Shown: positions 32,001 through 40,780, numbered from the stretch's first letter. The stretch is DNA of 59,472 bases from Lachnospiraceae bacterium (GCA_024691565.1 JAILNN010000174.1:1-59472); one strand, 5' to 3'. Numbers and translations: made by a program. The notes: generated by a model not told the origin, from the letters alone.

Positions 32001-35000
32001 AAGGTTGATGTTAAAAATGAAAGCTCTAAAAAGGTAGAGTATCAGTGGTATAAGGATTCGTATGTTAGTGAATATCATGATTACTATAGTGGTTATGGCG
32101 ATGATATTACAATATCAACATATGAAAAGATTGATGGTGCAACAAGTCCTAATTATTCATTTACAATCGAGGATGAAGATGATTATGGATATTATTCATG
32201 TACTGTAAAATCTGGTGATATGTATGGTTCAATTGAAGTTGAAGTTGTAAATAATTCATATGGAACTTATGCTGAAGTCAAAGGAACTAACTCATCGTCT
32301 GCAAAATACTACAAAAAGGTTGGAGACAGTGTTGATTTTGTTGTAGATGCTGGCGCTGATGATAGTAGTGTTAAGGCAGAGTATAAATGGTTCACAACTA
32401 GTAATTATGATGAAGATATGACCTCAGTAATAAAGGGTGAAACTTCTAATACATTAAGCATCAAAAATATTACTGAAAACTTATTTGGCAAAAAATATCA
32501 GTGTGTTGTTAGATTTATGAAGGGTGATACATATATTGGAGAACAGTATTTATCTTTTTACTTATATGAAGATGTAGAAGAGGATGAAACAAGCTTTGAG
32601 AGAATTAATGAGTATGGTGCTTCTTCCGGTGCTTATAATAGAGTTGGCGATGAAGTTAGATTTGGTGTAGAAGCAACAACTAATAAAAAGCTAATTTATG
32701 AGTGGTCATTTGCTAAAGAGTATTTTGATAATAATGGTTATAGACAATACACTGTTGATTTTCCTGAGAAACTTTCAGAAACTGGATCAGTTATTTCAAT
32801 TGATTCGTTAAAAGAAAATCAGTTTGGTACTTATTATTTGAATGTTTATTCAGAAGATGAAGATGGACAGAAGACAGATGAAGCAAGTTATGAATTTACT
32901 GTAAAACGTTACATTGGAAATACGATTATTAATAGAACATTGAATGGTGATTATTCTTATACATTTAAGAGAGCTGTTGGAGAGAGTGTAAAGTTCACTG
33001 CAGTAGCTTCGACTGATTTGGATGAAAAGATTACATATCAGTGGTATAAGGATGGTGAAGCTATTAACGGTGCAACATCCGACGTTTACAGCATTGATGA
33101 GATTTGTAGAGATGATTTTGACTCGTATTCATGTACCGCAAGGTGCGATGGTAAAACTGAAACTGTTTATTTTAACCTTGTAAGAACAGCTAACTTGAAG
33201 GTCGAGTCAAATCTATATTCTGAAAGTGAAGAAGAATCATACTTCTGGAAATATAGCCGTGGATATGGTGAGGATATAACATTTAGTGTTAATGCTTCTA
33301 GTGATGCAGAGTATCCAATTACATACAAATGGTATTTAATCAATGGTTATGATTGGGAAGATGAAAGTGATGCTAAAGAATACATAAATAGTAAAAATGA
33401 ATTAAAAGCAACTTCATCTGAGATTACTTTAAAAGATATTGATGTAGATGATTTTGGTACATATGTATGTGCTGTATCTAATGGTGTTGATTTGGTTTAT
33501 TGTGTGTATGAATTGCATCATGAGTCAAACAGATTCTTGTGTTTCTATAAGGATGAAAATGCTGCTTATAATGAAAATGTTTATATAAATAGTGATGGAA
33601 GTGCTAAAAATGAGAGAATTTACGCTGATTTGAACGAAGAGGTTGTTTTTGATGCTACCGCTATTGCTTCGGAAGGAGAGGCCATTACTTACGAGTGGTA
33701 TAAATACGATGAAATTCAGAAGAGATACATCCTTATAGAAGGTGAAACATCCAATAAATTAAGCACAGTTGCATTTACAGATTATGAGGATTCAACTGTT
33801 AAGTATAATTGTGTTGTTAAAACTTCATACGCTGAAATTAACTATCATGGTGAGGTTTATCCACAAGATGTTGTTGAAATTACATCTTCTGTTGATGAAT
33901 ATGGCTTTGTTATGGAAGGAAGTACAGTTAAGTTTAGCGCAAAGGTAAGAAGTGATTATAAAGATGTGTCATATCAGTGGTATACTTATGATGATGATAG
34001 AAACTTAGTAGAAATTGATGGAGCTACTGGTAGCGAAGTTGAGTTGACTGCTCCAAAGGTTGAGAGAGTAGATAAAAATAATCCATATGCTAAACAGAAT
34101 TGTACTAGATATAATTATGTTCTTTGTAAGGTTTCAAGAGGACAAGAAGACTCTTATTTCTGTAGTGAAGATAGCGCAGCATATCATTCTCTTATGAAGC
34201 CGGATACATTTAAAGAACATCCTAAGGCACTTCTTGAAAATGGTGAGGATATTCAAGCTATCAATGTTCCTGGAGCATCTATGCTTCATATTGAATTTAG
34301 TGATGAATATGAGTTGGGTGGAATCCATTCAAGATTGTTTATCATCAAAGAGAATGGTGAGATTCTTGCATATCCAAATGAGGATAAGGATGATGTTGCT
34401 GGAGAGAGTTTAGATATCGAAGGAAGCACTGTATACTTGTATTATCGTCCGACCTATCTTGAGCCTTCGACCTATCTTGAGCCTTATTATAAAGAATATG
34501 ATAATGATTCAGGCTATATTATTGGTTCAGATTATTTAGAGAATTTTGTTAAGCTTACTTCTAAGAATAAGCATGGATATGAAGTTGTATATGCTAAGGA
34601 TAAAGCGACTTATGATGCTGAGAAGGCTGCTGAGGCTGAAGCTATTGCAGCTGCAGCAAGAGAGCAGGCGATTAAAGATCAGATGCTTAAAGAGGCATAT
34701 GAAAATGCTTTGAAGGCTCTTAATAGAACTTATACATACGGAACAACAGGTTCTGGTGTTGTTAAAAATGGTCTTTTGACAGTTAATAAGGGAGAAGTTG
34801 TTGTGGCTCCTGGAAAGTCTATAAAGATTAAGTATTCTGCTTATGATGATAACCTTAATAAAGTAAAGGCTTCAATCGCGAGTGCACCTGCAATCGATTC
34901 TAGTGTTGCTTCTGCTAGTGTTGTTGATGAAAAGGTTATTAAGATTAAGGTTCCTAAGAAGGCTGTTAGAGGTAGTGTGACTTATGTTCCAATTGTTAAT

Positions 35001-35336
35001 GGAAAAGATGTAATTCACATTAAGGTTAGTGTTACAAATAAGATTAAGAAACTTACACCTAAGGTCAAGAAACTTAAGGTTAAGAAAAATAAGGCTGTTA
35101 AGGTTACGTTTAAGGTGACAGCTCAGAATAAGGTTAATCCTACTACAGATCTTATCAAGAAGGTTAAGGCGAGTCTTTCTAAAGCTAAACTTGGTAAGAT
35201 TAAGAAGGTTAAGTTTAATAAGACTAAGAAGATGATTATTGTTAAGGTTAAGACTACCAAGAAGAAGGGTAAGGCTAAGCTTAAGTTGCAGTATTCAAAG
35301 AAGATTAAGGCTACTACAAAACTTATTATTAAATAA
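29037..35336 (+). CDS. Giant secreted protein (2099 aa) with about 11 Ig-like repeats, a Big_2-like module and a lysine-rich C-terminal tail
   Basis: Signal peptide (RRAVAALLSAAMVVTGIPASNA). Recurrent Y(Q/K/E)WY...GATS...L.I....DFG.Y.C.V modules between about nt 30650 and 34180. An A-rich helix follows, then Big_2-like beta modules and a K-rich end. No LPXTG seen. Confidence 0.85.
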   Translation: MRNNRKNRLFRRAVAALLSAAMVVTGIPASNAIKTSKKAEAASTTTRTGVMFNDGTNYYALEFEKPKYYGQSVDFKLVKRPINGTNWTDVTNEFGDNYYLDFYVYGNKGATEYSYDTTNDMILDNFSSDKVNDIYVYVSGLESSNNLYLTSSSTTYYNLKNAATATILDLSSDDLACPVESINYMGSEGEVVTVNDSFVKQNFKYLSSVKEGNFTVEYEGEDAKYTLNDNINDTCAISVYKNSLIVCSESVHLNINVEEDYDTFTKLISDESYDYYVAYKKNNLIGEEFKNNIVYVDKGQKITSDNYIITDSLPFAYSAMLQTSTGDASGINLVNYHSINPYEFSKDVDDVDYPEYSQVDADYVLDAGENSYVVSVENDDEVISTAKIKVNWELPGSYDDSAQADIHQLNGNYTTLKYDMWTPGYSLYSWKNTITAFGLTKNNVSDEDSSWKKLADLSASSNYVRLDASNNTYRYFMVNSELSVNIDGNTYVIGYGHRNDYNVSGVRQYPVSFYSQSNGLYTTSAEVSEYTDKDADSYTFSPEVAVIDGYDVKYQWSKYERGNGFVDIEGATSREYTAERSDDISIFGEYKLIAEAYIAGTDNKVSSATYSVSLSYDVFDQYYKVKKDSTWNTHYTTVDYYRGIGETVDAKLNLDTTLEDGYKLTYKWYKGIPCTSSNEYDIISLLNSGEENDKCLYGFEDMKISKNSLSYKLTAKDFSLDDNGTIYYRDCYLRLYVIIEGPDDFELKRDFTIRVHEDPHVFSNVYSDDESGMNVDFDGENPLIINAPKFDLLPDYDVEYTWYEYDNSEKKIDGVTGRTLTVEPKDVVSSYYCKTTLIKKDTKYNVFDIATDYSEKYYYYVNYTSKNEFDLDLYRTTDKELQAKYGENVNMGVKSSIETNIEGLKTEYVWYHDGKVIEGENSSSLSLKSVGAEDFGKYNCIVQVIDGDENIVSQKVVPFTLTAVYDVEILTPSDSYVYNKKIGDTVDLKVDVKNESSKKVEYQWYKDSYVSEYHDYYSGYGDDITISTYEKIDGATSPNYSFTIEDEDDYGYYSCTVKSGDMYGSIEVEVVNNSYGTYAEVKGTNSSSAKYYKKVGDSVDFVVDAGADDSSVKAEYKWFTTSNYDEDMTSVIKGETSNTLSIKNITENLFGKKYQCVVRFMKGDTYIGEQYLSFYLYEDVEEDETSFERINEYGASSGAYNRVGDEVRFGVEATTNKKLIYEWSFAKEYFDNNGYRQYTVDFPEKLSETGSVISIDSLKENQFGTYYLNVYSEDEDGQKTDEASYEFTVKRYIGNTIINRTLNGDYSYTFKRAVGESVKFTAVASTDLDEKITYQWYKDGEAINGATSDVYSIDEICRDDFDSYSCTARCDGKTETVYFNLVRTANLKVESNLYSESEEESYFWKYSRGYGEDITFSVNASSDAEYPITYKWYLINGYDWEDESDAKEYINSKNELKATSSEITLKDIDVDDFGTYVCAVSNGVDLVYCVYELHHESNRFLCFYKDENAAYNENVYINSDGSAKNERIYADLNEEVVFDATAIASEGEAITYEWYKYDEIQKRYILIEGETSNKLSTVAFTDYEDSTVKYNCVVKTSYAEINYHGEVYPQDVVEITSSVDEYGFVMEGSTVKFSAKVRSDYKDVSYQWYTYDDDRNLVEIDGATGSEVELTAPKVERVDKNNPYAKQNCTRYNYVLCKVSRGQEDSYFCSEDSAAYHSLMKPDTFKEHPKALLENGEDIQAINVPGASMLHIEFSDEYELGGIHSRLFIIKENGEILAYPNEDKDDVAGESLDIEGSTVYLYYRPTYLEPSTYLEPYYKEYDNDSGYIIGSDYLENFVKLTSKNKHGYEVVYAKDKATYDAEKAAEAEAIAAAAREQAIKDQMLKEAYENALKALNRTYTYGTTGSGVVKNGLLTVNKGEVVVAPGKSIKIKYSAYDDNLNKVKASIASAPAIDSSVASASVVDEKVIKIKVPKKAVRGSVTYVPIVNGKDVIHIKVSVTNKIKKLTPKVKKLKVKKNKAVKVTFKVTAQNKVNPTTDLIKKVKASLSKAKLGKIKKVKFNKTKKMIIVKVKTTKKKGKAKLKLQYSKKIKATTKLIIK
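34450..34485 (+). repeat. Perfect 18-bp tandem duplication (CGACCTATCTTGAGCCTT x2) inside the giant gene
   Basis: Two identical adjacent 18-mers encode PTYLEP/STYLEP, in frame. Confidence 0.95.
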
Positions 35337-35415
35337 TCATTTGCAATGCTAAGAATTAAGCATTAAAATATAGCAGTGAGAATATTTGCTTCTCATTTGC
35401 TATTAGAACTATAGT

Positions 35416-35454
35416 AAATAAAGAGGGGCTAATTTAACCCCTCTTTATTTTTTT
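35416..35454 (+). terminator. Rho-independent terminator after the giant gene
   Basis: 13-bp stem AAATAAAGAGGGG/CCCCTCTTTATTT with a 9-nt loop, followed by TTTT. Confidence 0.85.
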
Positions 35455-35520
35455 GCATTGTTTTTATGGTTTAATTATGTATATTTAAGTTTGATTTTAT
35501 TGGAAGGAAGGTTATTTTTT

Positions 35521-35823
35521 ATGAATCCTAGAAAGTCTTTATATGATGTTAAATCATTTTATAATAAGGGTGCTGTACATAAGGCAAGTTTTGGTGGAAT
35601 GAGATATTTAGTTAAGAAAATTCTTGTTGAAGTACCTAATCAAGATGAGTCAGAAGAGGTTCAAAAAGAACCAAAACTCCAGGGTATTATTTGGCCTGAG
35701 CCTTTTTGTTTTGAAAAGACTGACAGTTCTCTATATATAAAAAATGAGTTTCAGTATACAGAGGAAGGTCTTGATGAGTGCTATGAATGGCTTTGTAAGA
35801 CCTATGAAGAGAAGTTTAAATAA
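35521..35823 (+). CDS. Hypothetical protein (100 aa)
   Basis: ATG preceded by GGAAGGAAGG. No recognisable motif. The track start at 35458 (TTG) adds a hydrophobic artefact. Confidence 0.5.
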   Translation: MNPRKSLYDVKSFYNKGAVHKASFGGMRYLVKKILVEVPNQDESEEVQKEPKLQGIIWPEPFCFEKTDSSLYIKNEFQYTEEGLDECYEWLCKTYEEKFK

Positions 35824-35870
35824 GTTGGAGTTTTAAGCTTTGGCCGAGTTAAAAAGTAAGGGAGATTGAT

Positions 35871-36506
35871 TTGGATAAGAAGAGTAGGATTAAAGAGATT
35901 TTAAAGCGTCTTGATAATGAATATGGATCTGATGTCAGGGTGTACCTTAATCATGATAATGCCTGGCAACTATTGATTGCGACGATTCTTAGTGCACAAT
36001 GCACTGATGACAGAGTAAATAAGGTGACTGTTCATTTGTTTAAGAAATATCCTGATTTAGAGAGCTTTGCTAATGCTGAGCAGAAGGAGATGGAAAAGGA
36101 TATTCATTCGACAGGGTTTTATACGAATAAGGCGAAGAATATTATTGGAGCGGCTAAGATGCTTATTGAGGAGTATGATGGCGAGGTTCCAAAGGATATA
36201 GATGAATTGACTCGCCTTCCAGGAGTTGGAAGGAAGACTGCTAATGTAGTTAGAGGAAATATCTATGATATTCCATCGATTGTTGTGGATACCCATGTTA
36301 AAAGGCTTTCTAATAGGCTTGGACTCACAAAAAACACAGACCCGGTTAAGATTGAGTTTGATTTGATGAAGTGTATTCCAAAGGACCATTGGATTGCAAT
36401 TAACATTCAACTTATTGCGCTGGGTAGGACGATTTGCACTGCTAGAAGTCCTAAGTGTGAGGAGTGCTTTTTAGGGGATGTTTGCCCATATTTTAAGAAA
36501 CGCTGA
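35871..36506 (+). CDS. nth: Endonuclease III
   Basis: HhH-GPD motif (LPGVGRKTANVV, VDTHV) and the C-terminal 4Fe-4S loop CTARSPKCEECFLGDVC. TTG start 6 nt after AAGGGAG. Confidence 0.9.
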   Translation: MDKKSRIKEILKRLDNEYGSDVRVYLNHDNAWQLLIATILSAQCTDDRVNKVTVHLFKKYPDLESFANAEQKEMEKDIHSTGFYTNKAKNIIGAAKMLIEEYDGEVPKDIDELTRLPGVGRKTANVVRGNIYDIPSIVVDTHVKRLSNRLGLTKNTDPVKIEFDLMKCIPKDHWIAINIQLIALGRTICTARSPKCEECFLGDVCPYFKKR

Positions 36507-36532
36507 AATTGTTTGTTTTGCTAACTTTTACC

Positions 36533-36561
36533 TTGACTTATTAATATGTATTGTCTAAAAT
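36533..36561 (+). promoter_or_regulatory. Sigma-A promoter (TTGACT-17-TAAAAT)
   Basis: Near-consensus hexamers upstream of the 33-codon small ORF and the VanW gene. Confidence 0.55.
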
Positions 36562-36643
36562 AAAGTGATAATTTGTTAGAAAAATAGGACTTTTTGAGGT
36601 TTTTCTAATTAGGTTAAATTTCATTATAGAAAAGAGGATGTTT

Positions 36644-36745
36644 ATGAATTTTTTTAATAAAAAGAAGAATCAGAAGAAGATTGCTGCAGTTATCTGTTTT
36701 ATTCTTGCACTTGCGATGATTATTACCTTTGTACCTATTTTTTAA
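36644..36745 (+). CDS. Candidate small membrane protein (33 aa, MNFFNKKKNQKKIAAVICFILALAMIITFVPIF)
   Basis: Not in the ORF track (too short). AGAGGA RBS 7 nt upstream of the ATG. A basic N-terminus is followed by one hydrophobic helix. Confidence 0.4.
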   Translation: MNFFNKKKNQKKIAAVICFILALAMIITFVPIF

Positions 36746-36816
36746 CTAATGTTTTTTAGTAAGGCAAAATTAATGAATATTAGTTTTGCTGATATTATTT
36801 TGAAGAGAGAAAATAT

Positions 36817-38379
36817 ATGAATAAAAAGAAGCTTTTGTTAGGATTGATTGTGGTTCTAATCATTCTTGGTATTGTACTTGCGATTGTCTTTGCATATTTT
36901 CATAAAAAGCTTGGAAATACAACTACAATTAGTGAAGGTATTCATATTTCTGGTATGGATGTTGGAAATAAGACCGAAGAAGAAGCACAGGATATGATTG
37001 ATGAATATGTCGATAGAATAGCTAATAAAAATATCACTGTGGATGTGAATGGTAAGAGTGTAGTTGTTACCTTTGGAGCGGTTGGTTTTTCTTATGAAGA
37101 AGAAAACCTTGCTAAAAAGGCTTTTGAGGTTGGTAAGAAGGGTTCTGCGCTTGAGAGACTTTCTGATATATCGAAGGCTAAGGATAGGGACTATAATTTT
37201 GACTTGAAATTTAGCATAAATGAAGATACTTTGACTTCATTTATTAAGGATGGACTTAAGAAATATAATAAGAGAGCTAGAAATTCAGAACTCCAATATG
37301 ATGCTACAACTAGACAGTTTAGCGCGACTAAAGAAAAGACCGGCGTTAAGGTTGATATTGATGCGACATTTAAGGAGTTTAACAAGGCTCTTACAGATTC
37401 GCTTTACGATGATTCGGATATGGAACTTACTGCTACATGTAAGGTTTCTAATCCTAAGTATACTAGTGAAGATATGATGGAGTGCACTGATCTTATTGGT
37501 AACTTCTCAACGTATTATGGTACTTCGACTGCTGAGAGAGCGACTAATGTTGAGGTTGCTGCCAGCAGAATTAATGGTATTACACTTTATCCTGGAGATG
37601 TATTCTCTGTTAATGATACTATCTTAGATAGAACTGAGGAGAATGGATATAAGACAGCTGCTGAGTATGTCAGTGGTAAGGTTGTTGATGGTATTGGTGG
37701 AGGTGTTTGTCAGGTTGCGACAACTCTTTACAATGCTGTGCTTAATGCTGAATTAACGGTTGTTGAGCGTAAGCCTCATCAGATGGTTGTGTCTTATGTT
37801 CCTCTTTCGAGGGATGCAGCTATTGCTGGGGATTACCAGGATTTTAAGTTTGAAAATAGTTTAGATTATCCTATTTATCTTCAGAGTTCGGTTGGCGGTG
37901 GTTACCTTGCATTTAGTATCTATGGTAAGGAAACCAGGGCTTCTAATCGTAAGATTGAGTTTGAGCCTGAGACTGTTGAAACTATTCAACCTGGTGAACC
38001 TGTGGAAGAGGTGGATACTTCTATGCCTGCAGGATATAGGGCTACAACACAGGCGGCGCATACAGGTTATAAGGCTAAGCTTTGGAAGATTGTTTATGAA
38101 GATGGAGTAGAGACAGATAGGGTGGAGGTTAATACTAGTACATATAATGCTTCACCTGAATATATTACTGTTGGACCTAGTGTTGCTGAGGCGACTGATT
38201 CACCTGAAAGTACGGCTTCTCCTGATGAGACTGCTAAACCACAGGCTACAGCTAAGGCATCAAACAGTACCGAGACTAATTCGACTGCGACAGCTAATCC
38301 TTCGGGAAGTACAGGTACTACAGGAACTACTGGTACAACGGGTACTACGGGTACAACTGAAACCACAGAGACGGAGTAG
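36817..38379 (+). CDS. VanW-family protein with a G5 domain and a (GTT)n tail
   Basis: N-terminal TM. VanW core (GGGVCQVATTLYNAVLNAEL...ERKPH). G5-like segment (ETIQPGEPVEEVDTSMPAGY...KLWKIVYEDGVE). The C-terminus is GTTGTTGTTGTTGTTETTETE. Confidence 0.85.
   Translation: MNKKKLLLGLIVVLIILGIVLAIVFAYFHKKLGNTTTISEGIHISGMDVGNKTEEEAQDMIDEYVDRIANKNITVDVNGKSVVVTFGAVGFSYEEENLAKKAFEVGKKGSALERLSDISKAKDRDYNFDLKFSINEDTLTSFIKDGLKKYNKRARNSELQYDATTRQFSATKEKTGVKVDIDATFKEFNKALTDSLYDDSDMELTATCKVSNPKYTSEDMMECTDLIGNFSTYYGTSTAERATNVEVAASRINGITLYPGDVFSVNDTILDRTEENGYKTAAEYVSGKVVDGIGGGVCQVATTLYNAVLNAELTVVERKPHQMVVSYVPLSRDAAIAGDYQDFKFENSLDYPIYLQSSVGGGYLAFSIYGKETRASNRKIEFEPETVETIQPGEPVEEVDTSMPAGYRATTQAAHTGYKAKLWKIVYEDGVETDRVEVNTSTYNASPEYITVGPSVAEATDSPESTASPDETAKPQATAKASNSTETNSTATANPSGSTGTTGTTGTTGTTGTTETTETE
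38314..38376 (+). repeat. 9-bp codon-periodic tandem repeat (GGTACNACN x5, then degenerate units) at the VanW 3' end
   Basis: ggtactaca ggaactact ggtacaacg ggtactacg ggtacaact gaaaccaca gagacggag. Confidence 0.9.
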
Positions 38380-38384
38380 GTAGG

Positions 38385-39011
38385 ATGGAAAAGGTTGTAA
38401 AAGCTGATTATGAAGATGAAAAATGTATTGCTGGGGAGAGTCTTGTTCTTATTGGTGTTCCTGGTGATGGTTTTTTAAAGACAGCTTTTAAAGATGATAA
38501 AGATAGTTTAATTAAGATATTTAATAATAGCTTTATTGATTCAGCAGAAAAAAAGATTTGTTGTGATTTGAGTTTTGTTTCTGATGGAGAGATGAAGGGT
38601 GATTCGACACTTTTAAGCATTATCCCTAAGAAAGAAGGGGAGATTGTTGACTATTTTTATGAATTAGACAGGCAGAGCCTGTACAGCGGGCTTTGGAAGG
38701 TTGCTACGAAATATAAAAGTGGACTTAAGGTGTTTTTAAAGAAGATTCCGGTTTCGATGGAGATAATTGAAATTTGTGAGCATTATGATGTTAATCCTTA
38801 TCTTTGTGAATGCAAAAGTGCTGCTTTGGTTTTAACTCCGGCACCGCTTTATTTAGTGGATTTATTGAAAGAGAAGGGTATTAATGCTGGTATTATTGGA
38901 TATCTAAATAATGGAAATGATAGAGTGGTTGTTAATGGAGAACAGGTTAGGTTTTTAACACCACGAGAAGAAGTCATTTCGTTTGCTTCTTTTGCTTCTT
39001 TTGCTTTATAA
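38385..39011 (+). CDS. AIR-synthase-related (PurM-like C-terminal domain) protein
   Basis: LWKVATKYKSGLKVFLKKIPVSMEIIEICEHYDVNPY...LVLTPAP...GINAGIIGYL resembles the C-terminal domain of AIR synthase/HypE-like proteins by eye. It ends in SFASFASFAL. Confidence 0.45.
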   Translation: MEKVVKADYEDEKCIAGESLVLIGVPGDGFLKTAFKDDKDSLIKIFNNSFIDSAEKKICCDLSFVSDGEMKGDSTLLSIIPKKEGEIVDYFYELDRQSLYSGLWKVATKYKSGLKVFLKKIPVSMEIIEICEHYDVNPYLCECKSAALVLTPAPLYLVDLLKEKGINAGIIGYLNNGNDRVVVNGEQVRFLTPREEVISFASFASFAL

Positions 39012-39114
39012 ATGCTTATCTAAGCAATGGTTACAAGCCTGATTTGCAGGTGTTGTTTGGTGAGTGTTTTATATAAAAATTATTTTGATTAATGAATGAA
39101 AGGATGGTATTTAC

Positions 39115-39600
39115 ATGAAAAAAGAGATTCTTGACATTATTAACTACAACAGCCGTATTTCTAACAAGGATATAGCGGCGATGACAAATTCTAGTGAGGA
39201 AGAAGTCGCGGCGGAAATCAAGCAGATGGAGGATAATAAGGTTATTTGTGGATACTCAACTCTCATTAATTGGGATAATACAGATTGCGAAAAGGTTACT
39301 GCGTTAATTGAAATTAAGGTTACACCACAGAGAGATATGGGATTTAATAAGGTTGCTGAGAGAATCTATAAGTTTGAAGAGGTTGAGTCGGTTTACCTTA
39401 TGTCTGGAGCTTATGACCTTACTGTTATTATCGAAGGAAAGAGTATGAAGGAGGTTTCCAGGTTTGTTACTGAGAAGCTTTCTACTTTGGAATATGTAAC
39501 TAGCACAGCTACATATTTTGTTCTTAAAAAATATAAAGAACACGGTGTTATTATGACAGACGAAAACCGTGATACAGAAAGGATGTTGATTACACCATGA
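39115..39600 (+). CDS. Lrp/AsnC-family transcriptional regulator
   Basis: N-terminal HTH (ILDIINYNSRISNKDIAAMTNSSEEEV) and a C-terminal RAM/AsnC_trans_reg fold. 161 aa. Its stop overlaps the next ATG (ATGA). Confidence 0.8.
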   Translation: MKKEILDIINYNSRISNKDIAAMTNSSEEEVAAEIKQMEDNKVICGYSTLINWDNTDCEKVTALIEIKVTPQRDMGFNKVAERIYKFEEVESVYLMSGAYDLTVIIEGKSMKEVSRFVTEKLSTLEYVTSTATYFVLKKYKEHGVIMTDENRDTERMLITP

Positions 39601-40769
39601 GAAATCCATTATCTAGTAAGGTTACGCCTATTAAGCCTTCGGGTATTAGAAAGTTTTTTGATATTGTTAGTGAGATGGACGATGCTATTTCACTCGGCGT
39701 TGGTGAACCTGATTTTGATACACCTTGGCATATTAGAGAAGAGGGTATTTATTCTCTTGAGAGAGGAAAGACCTTCTATACCTCAAATTCTGGTTTGAAG
39801 GAATTAAAGGAAGAGGTTTGTGCATATTTAAGTAGAAGATTTAATTTGGAATATGATTTTAGAAACGAAGTTTTTATTACTGTTGGTGGAAGCGAGGCTA
39901 TTGATTTAGCTCTTAGATCTATGCTTGATGAAGGAGATGAAGTTTTACTTCCTCAACCTAGCTATGTTTCATATGAGCCTTGTATTACCCTTGCTGACGG
40001 AGTTCCTGTTATCATTGAACTTCAGGAAAAGGATGAGTTTAAGCTTACTAAAGAGCAGCTTCTTGAGGCTATTACTCCTAAGACTAAGATTTTGATTATG
40101 CCTTTCCCAAACAATCCTACGGGTGCTATTATGACTCGTGAAGAGTTAAAGGATATCGCTGAGGTTTGTGTTGAGAAGGATTTATATGTTATTTCTGATG
40201 AGATTTATTCTGAACTTACATATTCTGGAAACCATGTTTCAATCGCTTCTTTACCTGGTATGAGGGAAAGAACCATTGTTATTAATGGATTTTCTAAGTC
40301 ATATGCAATGACTGGATGGAGACTTGGATATGCATGTGGTCCTGAGGTTATTATTGAACAGATGCTTAAAATCCATCAGTTTGCTATTATGTGTGCTCCT
40401 ACAACCAGTCAGTATGCTGCTGTTGAGGCATTGAAAAATGGCGATGCTGATGTGGAGAAGATGCGTATTGCATATAATCAGAGAAGAAACTATCTTATGA
40501 AGGAATTTAAGGATATGGGACTTGATTGCTTCGAGCCGTTCGGTGCTTTCTATGTTTTCCCTAGTATCAAGAAGTTTGGTATGACTTCTGATGAGTTTGC
40601 AACTAGACTTCTTAAGCAGGAGAAACTTGCTGTTGTTCCTGGTACAGCCTTTGGTGATTGTGGTGAGGGCTTCCTTAGAATTTCTTATGCTTATTCTATG
40701 GATGATTTAAAGAAGGCTCTTCAGTGTCTTAGACACTTTATTGAGACGATTACTGAGAAAGATGCTTAA
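39597..40769 (+). CDS. Class I/II pyridoxal-phosphate aminotransferase (aspartate aminotransferase-like)
   Basis: PNNPTG and SKSYAMTGWRLGY (PLP-lysine) motifs. 390 aa. Translationally coupled to the AsnC regulator. Confidence 0.85.
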   Translation: MRNPLSSKVTPIKPSGIRKFFDIVSEMDDAISLGVGEPDFDTPWHIREEGIYSLERGKTFYTSNSGLKELKEEVCAYLSRRFNLEYDFRNEVFITVGGSEAIDLALRSMLDEGDEVLLPQPSYVSYEPCITLADGVPVIIELQEKDEFKLTKEQLLEAITPKTKILIMPFPNNPTGAIMTREELKDIAEVCVEKDLYVISDEIYSELTYSGNHVSIASLPGMRERTIVINGFSKSYAMTGWRLGYACGPEVIIEQMLKIHQFAIMCAPTTSQYAAVEALKNGDADVEKMRIAYNQRRNYLMKEFKDMGLDCFEPFGAFYVFPSIKKFGMTSDEFATRLLKQEKLAVVPGTAFGDCGEGFLRISYAYSMDDLKKALQCLRHFIETITEKDA

Positions 40770-40780
40770 AGAGGTAGTTT

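Noticed and set aside
38094-38383. Antisense (VPVVPVVPV...) and +2 frame ORFs over the VanW 3' end
   Set aside because: They are by-products of the 9-bp GGTACNACN repeat. The VanW frame is continuous with a recognisable domain architecture.
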